Shown here piece after piece: positions 47,937 through 58,273 of a DNA stretch of 64,000 nucleotides. Each line of letters starts with the position of its first letter. Positions within the stretch are counted from its first letter, which is position 1. A program made the position numbers and the translations under genes. Under the pieces are notes generated by a model, which made no database searches, was not told the DNA's origin, and saw only the letters and a program-made list of their open reading frames with translations. This stretch comes from a bacterium (lineage in GTDB: Bacteria; UBA8248), in the NCBI GenBank assembly GCA_965200245.1, contig CBDATS010000004.1:608001-672000 (forward strand), in the 5' to 3' direction.

Positions 47937-50246
47937 TTATACCGCCGGGTTCTCGCCTGCGTCAACGCTCTCGTCGGCGGGCGAGAGTGACGCGTATTTC
48001 AAGACCAGTTTCCTGGGTCCCACCTTCTCGAACTCCACGTTCACCACCGTGCGGTCTCCCGTCCCTGTACGCGAGGAGACTATGCCGAAACCGAATTTCC
48101 CGTGTCGCACGCGCGCGCCGGGCGCAAAGGGGCCGAACGCGGCGGGAGGAATGGCAGGCGTATCCTTCACTTCGCCGCGAGGGGAAGCTTTCGCATCGGA
48201 CAGGATATCTTCATATCGCGAATCGGCGGGATCCCGCGGCGTTCTGAACCTGCGCGGAGCGTGCCTCCTCCTTGGCGTATGATCTCCCACGCGTCTGATG
48301 ACTTCAGGCCCGATTGCATCCATGAACCGGCTCGGGCGCGACGCCCAGCTCTCTTTCGCGCCATTCGGCCGCCGTTCTTTCGCCCAGGACAGGTACAAGA
48401 CCTCTTTCGCGCGCGTAACGCCTACGTAGAGAAGCCTTCTCTCCTCATCCAGACTGGCCGGCTCATCCAGCGAACGGTTGTGCGGAATCAGCCCATCCTG
48501 CACGCCCACGACTCCCACGGCGGTAAACTCCAGGCCCTTCGCCGCATGAAGCGTCATCAGGGAGAGCGCACCGTTTTGGCCTGACAACTCATCCGCCTCG
48601 CCCATGAGCGCCAGTTCCTCCAGAAACAGGGTCCTGGCCTCTTCCGATTCGGGCGAGAGGGCTTCTTCCTTTCCCAGTCGCATCTCGAACGCTCGCGCTG
48701 CGGCGACAAACTCATCCGCACCCTGCATTGCGCGCGCTGCGGCGCGACGTCGATCGGCGGATGCGCTCTCTCTTACAGAACGCGAAAGCCAGGCCCGATA
48801 ACCCGTCCGATCGAGCGTCTCCTCTATCAAACACGAAGGACCCGCTTTCAGGGCAGCGAGATACCCGAGCGTCTCAAGCAGTTTTCCGATACCCTGCACA
48901 GCACTTCCCCTGATACGTCCCCCGTCCAGAGCGGCCCGCACATTGGCGATCGTCAATCCGGTCGCGCCTTCCTGCGCAATGGCCTTCAGGCTCGCGGGTC
49001 CCAACCCCCTTGGCGGGCGGTTCACGATACGCGAGAATGCTACGCTGTCATCGGGCCGTATCAGCACCCGCAGGTAGGCGGCCAAATCCTGTACCTCGGT
49101 GCGGTCGAAAAACCGTTGTCCCTTCACCACCTGGTATGGAATCTCTCGCCTGCGGGCAGCTTCTTCCAGAGGGCGCGACTGCGTGTTGATTCGGTAGAAG
49201 ACGGCAACCTCCTTCCAGGGGATCGCGCCGCCCGCCCCCGCCTCGATCAGGCGATCGATAACGCCTTCCGCCTCTTCTTCCGGGTTCGTCGCCGCCAGAT
49301 AACAGACGGCCTCACCGGCGGCCTTGCGCGTGAAAAGCCTCTTTTTGCGACGTTCCCCCGCTTTATCCATGATACGCGAGGCGAAGTTCAGTATCGCACC
49401 GCTCGATCGGTAATTCTCCTCCAAGCGGAACACCAGTGAGCCGGGAAACCTGCGCTCGAAATCCAGGATGTTCTCCACCCGCGCACCCCGCCAGCCATAG
49501 ATTCCCTGATCGTCATCCCCCACCGCGAACACGCGCCCGTGAAGGCGCGAGAGCAGAGCCACGAGTTCATCCTGCACAGGGTTGGTGTCCTGGTATTCGT
49601 CGACGAGTATTTCCTGAAAGCGACCCTGGTATTTCCGGAGAACCCCGGCATGGCGCCGGAACATCTTCAACGGACGCGCCAACAGGTCTTCAAAATCCAG
49701 CGCGCCCGCCTCGGCCAGGGCGCGCTCATAGACAGGCGCGATTCTCCGGGCGATGGCGTCGATACTGAAGGGAAGCGGCTCGGAGTCATCCGTCTCCGCC
49801 AGAGATGTCTTGCGGCGTCCTATCCGTTCCAGAACCGAGCGGGGCGGGTAGCGCTCCTCGCTGATGTGTGCCGCAGCCATACACCGTTTGACGAGCGTCA
49901 GACACTCCCCGCGCGAGCAAATGGTGAAGTCGCGAGGCAAACCCGCATTCTCGGCTTCCGCTCTCAAAATCCTTGCGCACACCGCGTGAAAAGTGCCCAC
50001 CCAGATGCCGCGCGCACCCTCACCCAGGGATCCGAAAAGGCGTTCTCTCATCTCGCCCGCCGCCTTGTTCGTGAACGTAATGGCGAGTATCTGATTCGGA
50101 ACCATGCCTTCACCGAGCAGTCGGAGAATGCGGTGGACAATTACCCGCGTCTTGCCCGAACCGGCGCCCGCCAGCACGAGGTTCGCGCCCGGCGGTGCAA
50201 GCACTGCCTCTTTCTGTCGGGGATTCAGATATTCCAGAAAGTCCAC
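47937..50246 (-). CDS. UvrD/PcrA ATP-dependent DNA helicase
   Basis: LAGAGSGKT, TFTNKAA, VDEYQD, VGDDDQ, ENYRS, TLHAAKGLEF, EERRLLYVG, C-terminal Tudor-like domain. Confidence 0.95.
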   Translation of the reverse strand: MDFLEYLNPRQKEAVLAPPGANLVLAGAGSGKTRVIVHRILRLLGEGMVPNQILAITFTNKAAGEMRERLFGSLGEGARGIWVGTFHAVCARILRAEAENAGLPRDFTICSRGECLTLVKRCMAAAHISEERYPPRSVLERIGRRKTSLAETDDSEPLPFSIDAIARRIAPVYERALAEAGALDFEDLLARPLKMFRRHAGVLRKYQGRFQEILVDEYQDTNPVQDELVALLSRLHGRVFAVGDDDQGIYGWRGARVENILDFERRFPGSLVFRLEENYRSSGAILNFASRIMDKAGERRKKRLFTRKAAGEAVCYLAATNPEEEAEGVIDRLIEAGAGGAIPWKEVAVFYRINTQSRPLEEAARRREIPYQVVKGQRFFDRTEVQDLAAYLRVLIRPDDSVAFSRIVNRPPRGLGPASLKAIAQEGATGLTIANVRAALDGGRIRGSAVQGIGKLLETLGYLAALKAGPSCLIEETLDRTGYRAWLSRSVRESASADRRRAAARAMQGADEFVAAARAFEMRLGKEEALSPESEEARTLFLEELALMGEADELSGQNGALSLMTLHAAKGLEFTAVGVVGVQDGLIPHNRSLDEPASLDEERRLLYVGVTRAKEVLYLSWAKERRPNGAKESWASRPSRFMDAIGPEVIRRVGDHTPRRRHAPRRFRTPRDPADSRYEDILSDAKASPRGEVKDTPAIPPAAFGPFAPGARVRHGKFGFGIVSSRTGTGDRTVVNVEFEKVGPRKLVLKYASLSPADESVDAGENPAV

Positions 50247-50262
50247 GGGTACGTTTTTCGCC

Positions 50263-51039
50263 TTAAAACCTTCGGCGGCCCACGCTCGGCCTGGGAGCAC
50301 GGATGAGCGTTCGCTCAGGGTAGATCCCCTTGGTTACCGTCACATTGGGCGCGATCCAGCAACCCGGTCCAAGCAGCACGCCGGGGGAAGTCACGGCGTT
50401 ACATCCGAGTTCGACGTCATCGCCTATGATGGCGCCCAGTTTCGAGAGACCGGTATCAATGCGTTCCTCCCCGGTGCGAAGGACGATGTTTTTCGTCTCG
50501 CCCGTTTTTTTCTCTTTTTCTGTCCTGAGTTCGAGGTTCGCCAGCTTGACGCCCGCGCCCAGGTTCGACCCCGCACCCAGGATACTGTCTCCCACGTAGG
50601 CGAAATGTCCCGCGTGCGCTCCGTCCAAGAACGCGCTGTTCTTGACCTCGGTCGCATGGCCCACGACGGCGTCGGGACCGATCAGGCAGCCGCCCCGCAA
50701 ATACGCTCCATGTCTGACTTCCGCACCCGCACACAGCACCGTCGGTCCCTTGATTACGACGCCCGGTTCCACCCGCGCGCCGGCTTCGATGACCAGGCCG
50801 ACAGATGTGATTTTGAGGTTTTCTTCCAGTGCGAGCAGCCCCTCGCTCACCACCAGGCCGTCTTCCACGCGCAGGGCGGAGGCTTCGCTCAATGGCACAT
50901 CCATCTCGTCCACGACTTTCCGAACGAAATCGCCCAGCAGGCCGACCGCCTCCCAGACATTGCATACGCCATCAAGGAAGGAGGCATGGGGGAATTCGCC
51001 GAGCTTTCGGAAATAGGTTTCCGGGGTCGTCCCGTTCAT
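50263..51039 (-). CDS. Hexapeptide-repeat acyltransferase (archaeal GlmU C-terminal-like)
   Basis: RHGAYLRG, HFAYVGDSILG, NLGAG, KLGAIIGD. Confidence 0.85.
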   Translation of the reverse strand: MNGTTPETYFRKLGEFPHASFLDGVCNVWEAVGLLGDFVRKVVDEMDVPLSEASALRVEDGLVVSEGLLALEENLKITSVGLVIEAGARVEPGVVIKGPTVLCAGAEVRHGAYLRGGCLIGPDAVVGHATEVKNSAFLDGAHAGHFAYVGDSILGAGSNLGAGVKLANLELRTEKEKKTGETKNIVLRTGEERIDTGLSKLGAIIGDDVELGCNAVTSPGVLLGPGCWIAPNVTVTKGIYPERTLIRAPRPSVGRRRF

Positions 51040-52967
51040 CTTTTCATATCCAGATACCACGCGCCCAAAGATGTGATGTTTACATCCCCTGCATCCTTGC
51101 ACACAAGTCCGCCGCGCAGTGCCTCTTTTCTTATGGCTGCCCCGTGTACCGGCGCACCGAAACGGGCAACTGCGTCTGTTCCGAGAAGCGCATCGACCGC
51201 CAGGGGGTCCATCCCGCGCTCGCGCAAGGCCTCCAGCAAGGAAACTTCCGCCCGCGCACCGGGAGCGACGTCATTCTTCATGCGGCCGAGAATCTCCCGC
51301 AACACCTCTTCCCCCATGGCGGAGAGCTTCTCCCGCCACTCCACGGGACCTCTCAACACCACGCCAGTTCTGTTCTCCGTGCCTGAGTTTCTCACATAAA
51401 CCGCGCCCAGCGGTCCTCCGGTCCCGTCTTCCAGAGCGAGATACATGACGCCGGGATCGTCATCGAGCGGCGCGAAATTCCAGAAAGCCGCACCCGAAAA
51501 AGCCGTCCTAGCAGATTCCATCAGTCTCCCGGCGATGGCCTCCCACGCCTCTGTTCCCGGCGCGAAGCGGCTGCGTTCCACGTGATAGGCATAATAAGAC
51601 CTCTTAAACCCTCGGGGAAACGGTGCTGCGACAGCCGCATACGCCTCTTCGGGTTCTGCATCCTCGAAAAGGCTCCGCACCGCGGCACTGGTGTTGAGAA
51701 AACCCTTGAGACCGTCTCCCGCCGCGAATCTCCGCCCCTTGCCCAACGCGTTCACGAGCAGACCCGGCGCAACCGTATGGCCTGATTCCTCGCCACCCAG
51801 AGCGAAACGATCTCCCCATTTGCGCACCTCGTTCAGGATCCACTTGTCCCCCACGGGGGTGAAGACGACACGAAGCCCTGTCTCGGCCAGGGCCGCTGTC
51901 GCGCCCGAATCGCTCTCTATGGTGGCGGCGGCCACTTGCCCATCGGGAAGTTCGCCCTCGCGCTTCAGAAAACGGGCCTGCAGGACGAGCGCGTCGTCAC
52001 CATCAATGACGTGAAGCGCGTCCCGAAACGGGTTGTAGACGAGGGTGTAGCCCCTGTCGCCGTCGGCATCCAGAATGCAGGCCACCGCAAGGCCGTCGCC
52101 CCTGCGGAGTTCCCCGCGCCGCGCGCGACCCGTTTCGAGGAGGACACGCGCCCCTGTGTGCCCGGCGATGAAATCGGTGTCATCTCCTTCGATGACGCGT
52201 CTGCCCTCTAGCGCGACCACACCTCCATTTTCGTTCACGCGGCCATCGCCCAGAGTGTTCACCTCGTTCACGTCCAGCGGGCACAATTCCTCGAGAACCT
52301 GTGTGGCCAGCCCGCTCCACGCCCCCGCCGCCGGGTCCACGACGAGGCTCCATCGGGAAAGGTCACCCTCGCGCAGCCAACAGTTGGGAAGTCTTGTGAC
52401 ATAGTCCACATAAAAGGCGCGCGCCTCGGCCGCTGCTTCCACCCCCTGGCCGTTCCCGGGTGTCTGTGCCACCGAATTCCAGTCGCTCGCCCAGACGCGG
52501 TCGCTGAGCACAGCATCTTCCTCTGGAAGGGGTTTCATCGAATCAGGAGAAATCAGGATTTTTACACCGTTTTGTTCCCCGGGATTGTGAGAGGCGGTGA
52601 GAACGACGGCGCCCGCCCCGCCCACGCCCGCCAGATAGGCCGCCGAGGCAGGGGTGGGCATCACACCGAGCGAGAGCACGTGCGCCCCTGTGCGCAGGAG
52701 GCCGTTCACGCATGCGGCGATATGTTCTCCTTCCACGTCCCGGGGGTCCCAGGCCAATACCACAGCCGCCGGCGAGACGAGCTGTTCGGAGGCCCTCTCC
52801 AAGAGCCATTTGCCGGCCTCGAAGACGTAATGCTCGACAAAGCGGGGGGTGAGAACGCCCTGCTGCACGAAGGCAGTGCGCGCCTCGATTCCCGTCGCCT
52901 GCGGGTGCTCTTCATCCACGGCGAGGCCGCGAACCCCGTCCGTTCCCTGAAACTTCGCGTTTGACAT
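51036..52967 (-). CDS. glmM: Phosphoglucosamine-mutase-like phosphohexomutase (extended)
   Basis: GTDGVRG, TASHNP, DADGDR, PVGDKW, GGEESGH, RNSGTE. Confidence 0.8.
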   Translation of the reverse strand: MSNAKFQGTDGVRGLAVDEEHPQATGIEARTAFVQQGVLTPRFVEHYVFEAGKWLLERASEQLVSPAAVVLAWDPRDVEGEHIAACVNGLLRTGAHVLSLGVMPTPASAAYLAGVGGAGAVVLTASHNPGEQNGVKILISPDSMKPLPEEDAVLSDRVWASDWNSVAQTPGNGQGVEAAAEARAFYVDYVTRLPNCWLREGDLSRWSLVVDPAAGAWSGLATQVLEELCPLDVNEVNTLGDGRVNENGGVVALEGRRVIEGDDTDFIAGHTGARVLLETGRARRGELRRGDGLAVACILDADGDRGYTLVYNPFRDALHVIDGDDALVLQARFLKREGELPDGQVAAATIESDSGATAALAETGLRVVFTPVGDKWILNEVRKWGDRFALGGEESGHTVAPGLLVNALGKGRRFAAGDGLKGFLNTSAAVRSLFEDAEPEEAYAAVAAPFPRGFKRSYYAYHVERSRFAPGTEAWEAIAGRLMESARTAFSGAAFWNFAPLDDDPGVMYLALEDGTGGPLGAVYVRNSGTENRTGVVLRGPVEWREKLSAMGEEVLREILGRMKNDVAPGARAEVSLLEALRERGMDPLAVDALLGTDAVARFGAPVHGAAIRKEALRGGLVCKDAGDVNITSLGAWYLDMKR

Positions 52968-52983
52968 CGCGGGAGGTACGCCC

Positions 52984-54807
52984 CTAGGCGACGGTGACGG
53001 ACTTTGCCAGAGCGCGCGGCCTGTCGACATCGCGCTTCAAGGCCACAGCGAGGAAGTAGGCCAGCAACTGCCCCGAGACCAGATGCAGGAAGGGCGCGAG
53101 CAGGGGAGAGACTCTCGGCAGCACGATCTCCTCGCTGAAAAGTCCCTCCACCACATCGTCACCATCGAAGCGGTAGCCGAGCACGAAGCCGCCGCGTGCG
53201 CGCACTTCTTCCACGCAGCTCCTGGTGAGAGCGTGGAGTTCGGCTTCTTCGGGCGTGGGCATGAGGACGATGGTGTACATATTCTCGTCTATCAGGGAGA
53301 TGGTGCCGTGCTTGAGAAAACCTGCACTCATTCCTTCCGCGTGGAGGTAGGTGACTTCCTTCATCTTGAGGGCGCACTCGAGCGCTGCCGGGTAGTAAAT
53401 ACCCCGGCCCAGGTAGAGCCAGTTCTTCATGTGCTGGTGCGCCTGCGCCGCTGCGTGGAAATAGCCCGATCGTTCGTTGAGGGTCTCGAGTACGAGGTCG
53501 GACAGGGCGGCCACCTCTTTCCGCAACGCAACAACCTCCGCCTCGTCCACACGTCCCGCGAGCAGGCCGAACTCCATTGAGGCGAGCAGCAGTATCACCG
53601 CCTGGCTCAGGGCTGTCTTGGTACTGATAACGCATTTTTCGGGGCCTGCGCCCTGCAGGACAGGCACGTCCACCGAGCGGACGAGGGTGGAGCCCATCAT
53701 GTTCACGATGCCCGCCGTCCTCGCTCCATTCGATTTCGCATGACGCATGGCGCTCAACGTATCGTAGGTTTCCCCCGACTGGCTGATGGAGCAAAAGGCG
53801 TCTTCCGGTCCCATTTCCACGACGTGGGAGAATTCGTCCGTGCTGACGACGGGCAGATACCTTCCCCCCATGGAGTTGAAGAAATACTGACCCATCGACG
53901 CGATGTAATACGTCGTTCCCACGCCGCCCAGAAAGCATTGCCGCGACTCTTGGATCATCCCGGCCAGGGCCTGAATATCCTTTCTGGGAATCTCGAGGGC
54001 GGCCTGGACGGTGGCAGGCTGGTCGTAAATCTCCTTGAGCATGAAATGCGGATAGCCGCCCCGGCGCGCCTTTTCCGCGTCCCACTCGATTTCGGTGATT
54101 TCCTTGTCGACGCTCTCTCCGGTGAGCAGACTCTTTACAACGTAGCTTTCCGGCGTGATGACCGCAAACTCGCCGTCTTCCATGATGATCGCCCGGCGTG
54201 TGAACTCGAAGAAGGCGCTGAAATCCGACCCCACGTAGTTGGCGTCGTCCCCCAGTCCGATAATGAGGGGCGATTCGCGCCTCACGCAGAATATCCGCCC
54301 CGGCGCGTGGACCGAGATGACCGCGAGCGCGAAGGTACCCTCGAGTTCGTCAATCGCCTCCACGAAGCCTGCTTCCACGTCCTGGCCGTTTCGCGCGACT
54401 TTCTGCGCCACCAAGTGCGCGATGACCTCGGAATCCGTTTCCGATCGGAACGACGCACCCTCGCGCGCGAGTTTCTTTCTGAGTTCCCTGTAGTTCGAGA
54501 TGATACCGTTGTGCACTACGGCGATGCGGCTCTCATTGTCCGCATGGGGATGCGCGTTCGCCTGCGTCACCCCGCCGTGCGTCGCCCAGCGCGTGTGCGC
54601 AATGCCTACCAAGCCCTTCATGTCCGTGAAGCGTTCCAGTGCGTTCACCGCCTCCACGGTTCCCACGTTCTTGCGGACGTCAATCGTTCCGTTTCTCTGA
54701 ACGGCCATGCCGCAGGAATCGTAACCGCGGTATTCCAAGGCTGCGATGGAGCGCAGGAGCTTCTGCGAAACGTTCGCACTCGCCGCCATGCCCGCGATGC
54801 CGCACAT
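52984..54807 (-). CDS. glmS: Glutamine-fructose-6-phosphate transaminase
   Basis: MCGI, EYRGYDS, HTRWATHG, SQSGET, PRALAKSVT. Confidence 0.97.
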   Translation of the reverse strand: MCGIAGMAASANVSQKLLRSIAALEYRGYDSCGMAVQRNGTIDVRKNVGTVEAVNALERFTDMKGLVGIAHTRWATHGGVTQANAHPHADNESRIAVVHNGIISNYRELRKKLAREGASFRSETDSEVIAHLVAQKVARNGQDVEAGFVEAIDELEGTFALAVISVHAPGRIFCVRRESPLIIGLGDDANYVGSDFSAFFEFTRRAIIMEDGEFAVITPESYVVKSLLTGESVDKEITEIEWDAEKARRGGYPHFMLKEIYDQPATVQAALEIPRKDIQALAGMIQESRQCFLGGVGTTYYIASMGQYFFNSMGGRYLPVVSTDEFSHVVEMGPEDAFCSISQSGETYDTLSAMRHAKSNGARTAGIVNMMGSTLVRSVDVPVLQGAGPEKCVISTKTALSQAVILLLASMEFGLLAGRVDEAEVVALRKEVAALSDLVLETLNERSGYFHAAAQAHQHMKNWLYLGRGIYYPAALECALKMKEVTYLHAEGMSAGFLKHGTISLIDENMYTIVLMPTPEEAELHALTRSCVEEVRARGGFVLGYRFDGDDVVEGLFSEEIVLPRVSPLLAPFLHLVSGQLLAYFLAVALKRDVDRPRALAKSVTVA

Positions 54808-54808
54808 G

Positions 54809-56014
54809 CTAGCTTTCTCCCCGGGGGTAGGTGTAATGGTGCGGAATGACCTTGCCGGGCGGGACGACGGTTCCGGAGGCGAGCGTGTTCGATGCACCGA
54901 CCTGCGCACCGTCGCCCAGAAAGGAACCTACCTTCTCAAGGCCTGACTCGACCTCTCCCTCCGGCATTCGCACCATGTTGGGGGAGCGGTCGAGGTTCTG
55001 AGTCAGCGTCATGGTGCCCGAACCCACCACGGCGCCCTCGCCGACCACGCTGTCTCCCACGAAGGAGAGACGCCCGACCCGAACACCGTTGAACAGGATG
55101 CAGTTCTTGAGTTCCACGCCGAAACCGATGGTCGCGTTCGCGCCGATGGCCGTATAGGGACGGACCAGAACCCCGTTTCCGAGAAACGTGTTTTCCCCGA
55201 TGAAACACGGTCCGAATATAGAGACGCCCGATTCAATCACCACGTTTTTTTCGATCACCACGGGACCACGGAACTGCACTGCGCCCCTCAGCATCACACT
55301 GCCGTCCACGCGTGCTTCGCTCCAAGTGTCCATGATCATCCGGTTGCCCTTGAGCAGGTCCCAGGGATGTTGGGCGTCCAGCCAGGGTTCCTCCCAAATC
55401 GAGGAGCGAAGACCCCCTCTTGCGCACAGCCTGTTCAGGGCCTCGTCCATATCGAGAGTTTCAAGCAAATCGAACAGCCGGCATGGCATGACAAACACGC
55501 CGGCCAGAACGTAGTTACCCACCTCGCGTTCCACGGGCTTTTCCACGAGACGCTCTATCTGCATGTCGTTGCCGAGATAGACCGTGCCGTAGTTCTGGGC
55601 GTGGGGCGTATGGCAAATCGCCGCAACGGGTTGCTGGAAGGAACCGAACGTCTGCACAACCTGGCGATACATGTTTTCCGACGCCAGCACGTCCGCATAG
55701 ACCAGCAGAAACGACTCGTCTTCCAGGAAATGCCCTTTCGCGAGGCTGATGGCGTCACGGATTCCCGTGGACTCCTCCTGGCGGATATACTGTATCGTCA
55801 TCCCGTAGCGCGAACCCTGCCCGATTTCACTGATGATCATGTCGGAGCGGTGGCCAACGACAACGACGAGATCGCTCACGCCTGCCGCGCGTATCTTCCT
55901 GAGCGTCGAGTGGAGAAGCATCTCGCCTGCCATCGGCAACATCGCCTTCGGCCGGGTATTCGTGAACGGATACAGGCCTGCCCCTCGGCCAGCTGCCAGA
56001 ATCAATGCTCTCAC
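54809..56014 (-). CDS. Bifunctional sugar-1-phosphate nucleotidyltransferase/acetyltransferase (archaeal GlmU-like)
   Basis: ILAAGRG..L-PFT-TRPK, PWDLL, hexapeptide C-terminus LSFVGDSV. Confidence 0.85.
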   Translation of the reverse strand: MRALILAAGRGAGLYPFTNTRPKAMLPMAGEMLLHSTLRKIRAAGVSDLVVVVGHRSDMIISEIGQGSRYGMTIQYIRQEESTGIRDAISLAKGHFLEDESFLLVYADVLASENMYRQVVQTFGSFQQPVAAICHTPHAQNYGTVYLGNDMQIERLVEKPVEREVGNYVLAGVFVMPCRLFDLLETLDMDEALNRLCARGGLRSSIWEEPWLDAQHPWDLLKGNRMIMDTWSEARVDGSVMLRGAVQFRGPVVIEKNVVIESGVSIFGPCFIGENTFLGNGVLVRPYTAIGANATIGFGVELKNCILFNGVRVGRLSFVGDSVVGEGAVVGSGTMTLTQNLDRSPNMVRMPEGEVESGLEKVGSFLGDGAQVGASNTLASGTVVPPGKVIPHHYTYPRGES

Positions 56015-56111
56015 GAGATACCTTTCTCAGATTCGCTCAAAACGGGCCCGAAGCGGGCATTTTTTCTGCCTTGCGCGGGAAATTATAGCAAATCGGGCGG
56101 GTTTGCGCGCA

Positions 56112-56873
56112 TCAGGGTCTGGATTTACGCTTCTCGTAGATTGTCTGCGCACGACTCAAATCTTCTTTCGTGTTCACGCCGAGCGTTTCTTCGGGTGAAG
56201 CAAGGGAGAGTCCGACAACGACGTGCCCCCCTGCGCGCGCGATGGCGAAGACGTCAGGCAGGTAGTATTCCCCCTGGTTATTCTCGGGTTTGATCCTCGA
56301 CAGGGCGAATCGCAGGAAAGCGGCCTCGAAAGCGTAGGTCCCCGTGTTGATCTCGCGAATTTCCTTCTGCTCATCCGTAGCGTCCGATTCCTCCACTACA
56401 CCGACGAGCCTTTCTCCATCGCGCAGTACGCGACCATAACCCCGAGGCGCATCGACCACGGCCGTGAGCATGGTGGCCGCCGCACGCGCTTCACAATGTT
56501 GCCGGGCAAGCCGCTTCAGGGTGACGGATCGTATCAGGGGCGCATCGCCGCACAACAGGAAAAGATGCCCCGCCCCGATCTCGAGGCGGGAAAGACCCAC
56601 CTCGGCGGCATGGCCCGTGCCCAGCTGTTCTTCCTGAAAGGCGTATTCGATGTCTGCATCATCGCCCGAAAACGTTTCCCGAACATCGTCGGCCCGGTGA
56701 CCCAAGACGATGACGATTGGCCGGGCACCCGCCTCTCTCGCGGCGGTCACAACGTGCCGGATCATGGGTTGTCCCCCGACGGGATGAAGAACTTTCGCGA
56801 TCGGAGACTGCATTCGCTTGCCCTGGCCGGCGGCGAGGATGACGGCGGCGAACCCATCGCTTCGATGAGCCAA
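56112..56873 (-). CDS. Stand-alone GlmU N-terminal uridyltransferase domain
   Basis: LAAGQGKRM-S..KVLH, QLGTGHA, GYGR, EINTG, NNQGEYYL-D, GVNT; ends before the acetyltransferase domain. Confidence 0.88.
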   Translation of the reverse strand: MAHRSDGFAAVILAAGQGKRMQSPIAKVLHPVGGQPMIRHVVTAAREAGARPIVIVLGHRADDVRETFSGDDADIEYAFQEEQLGTGHAAEVGLSRLEIGAGHLFLLCGDAPLIRSVTLKRLARQHCEARAAATMLTAVVDAPRGYGRVLRDGERLVGVVEESDATDEQKEIREINTGTYAFEAAFLRFALSRIKPENNQGEYYLPDVFAIARAGGHVVVGLSLASPEETLGVNTKEDLSRAQTIYEKRKSRP

Positions 56874-56878
56874 GGAAT

Positions 56879-58267
56879 TTATCTCCGGCGGGAGGGAGAT
56901 GGCTTGGTCAGTCCGTATTCGTGGAGTTTCCTGTTCAGCGTGTTGCGGCTGATGCCCAAAATCTCTGAAGCCTGTTTCCGGTTCCCGCCCGCTTCGCGGA
57001 GTACCAGTTCGATCAGGGGTTTTTCGACGCTGCGCATGGTGTACCCATAGAAGTCGCTGTCCCCCCCGTCGTCCAGGGCAGCGATTACCGAGGAGAGCCT
57101 GTCCCGAAAAAAGTGTTCCATGTCGCCGCGTTCTTCCCTGCGGGAAGTGGTACTGATATCGTCGAGCGCGATCGAGTTATTCTCGCTGATCAGAAAGGCG
57201 CGGTACAAAGCCATCTCAAGTTCCGCCTCGTTTCCCCACCACTTTTGGGCGGAAAACCAGTTCATCGCCGCCGGCGTGATCCGTTTTTTCGACTGCCCGA
57301 CGCGATCCGAGAATTCATCCAGAATCCCCTGGGCCACGCTCGAAATATCCTTTTTCCGTTCGCGCAGCGGGGGAATCTTGATGAAACAAGTCGTCTCCTC
57401 ACGATAGAGGCACTTGAGAATCCTGTCCTGAATCAACCTCTGTGGATCGATCGTGCAGCCGAATATCACGCGGAACTCCCGCGAGAGGCTTTTTTTCTTC
57501 AGGACTCTGGCCAGCGCCTTCTGGTGATCCCTCGCCATGAGTTGGGCGTCCTCGATAAAGAGCGTACCCCCTTTCTCGAGGATGTCTCCCTCCGTTCCGC
57601 GTTTTTCCGTCATACGCCTGATGGCACTTTCGAGCGTCGAGGCGCGTCTCTTCTTCGGTCCCCAATGCAGAAACGGGTGCCGCACCCCCGGATGCAGGGC
57701 ATGCAGTGCGTGGGCGACGACCCGAAAATTCAGTCCCTTCTCCCCTTCCAGAACTACCGTTTCGAACTTGCGGCCCGCCCGCTGCACCGCTCGTCTGAGC
57801 CTCTCGGCCGCCGCACTCGTTCCATCGAACCGCCACCCGCCTTGCTTTTCACGCACCTCGGTGCGAAGCCACCCGAGTTCCCGGCGAAGATTGCCCTCCT
57901 CGCTCAACGCCATGGAGAACTGGAACACTTCCTCGGGATGGACTTCGTCCACAAAAACAGCCCGCGCCCCCGACTGGATGCTCAAGGGCGTGATCCCCTT
58001 GTCCTCGGGGCGGAGAATCGCGGCGAGCGGCTTGCCCATCTCCTCGATTCTCTGGATCGCCGCCATATCTTCGTGCCCTGTGACTCCCAACAGCACGAAA
58101 TCGCACCAGTTGATGCGTGCCCGCGCTCGCGAGGGAGTTTCGAAATAGAGCGCCTTCATTCCGGTATCCCGCAAACCGGCGAGCATGCTCTCCCTGCCTA
58201 GCGTGAGGCGGCCCACGAAGAGCACCCTGGCGCCAGTCGCGTCCCTGTCGATTGTTTTCATCGTCAC
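56879..58267 (-). CDS. Degenerate NtrC-like sigma54-activator homolog with Fis-type HTH
   Basis: IPPLRERKKDI, W-GN-AEL, GNRKQASEILGISRNTLNRKL; Walker A and GAFTGA eroded. Confidence 0.8.
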   Translation of the reverse strand: MTMKTIDRDATGARVLFVGRLTLGRESMLAGLRDTGMKALYFETPSRARARINWCDFVLLGVTGHEDMAAIQRIEEMGKPLAAILRPEDKGITPLSIQSGARAVFVDEVHPEEVFQFSMALSEEGNLRRELGWLRTEVREKQGGWRFDGTSAAAERLRRAVQRAGRKFETVVLEGEKGLNFRVVAHALHALHPGVRHPFLHWGPKKRRASTLESAIRRMTEKRGTEGDILEKGGTLFIEDAQLMARDHQKALARVLKKKSLSREFRVIFGCTIDPQRLIQDRILKCLYREETTCFIKIPPLRERKKDISSVAQGILDEFSDRVGQSKKRITPAAMNWFSAQKWWGNEAELEMALYRAFLISENNSIALDDISTTSRREERGDMEHFFRDRLSSVIAALDDGGDSDFYGYTMRSVEKPLIELVLREAGGNRKQASEILGISRNTLNRKLHEYGLTKPSPSRRR

Positions 58268-58273
58268 ATTCCT

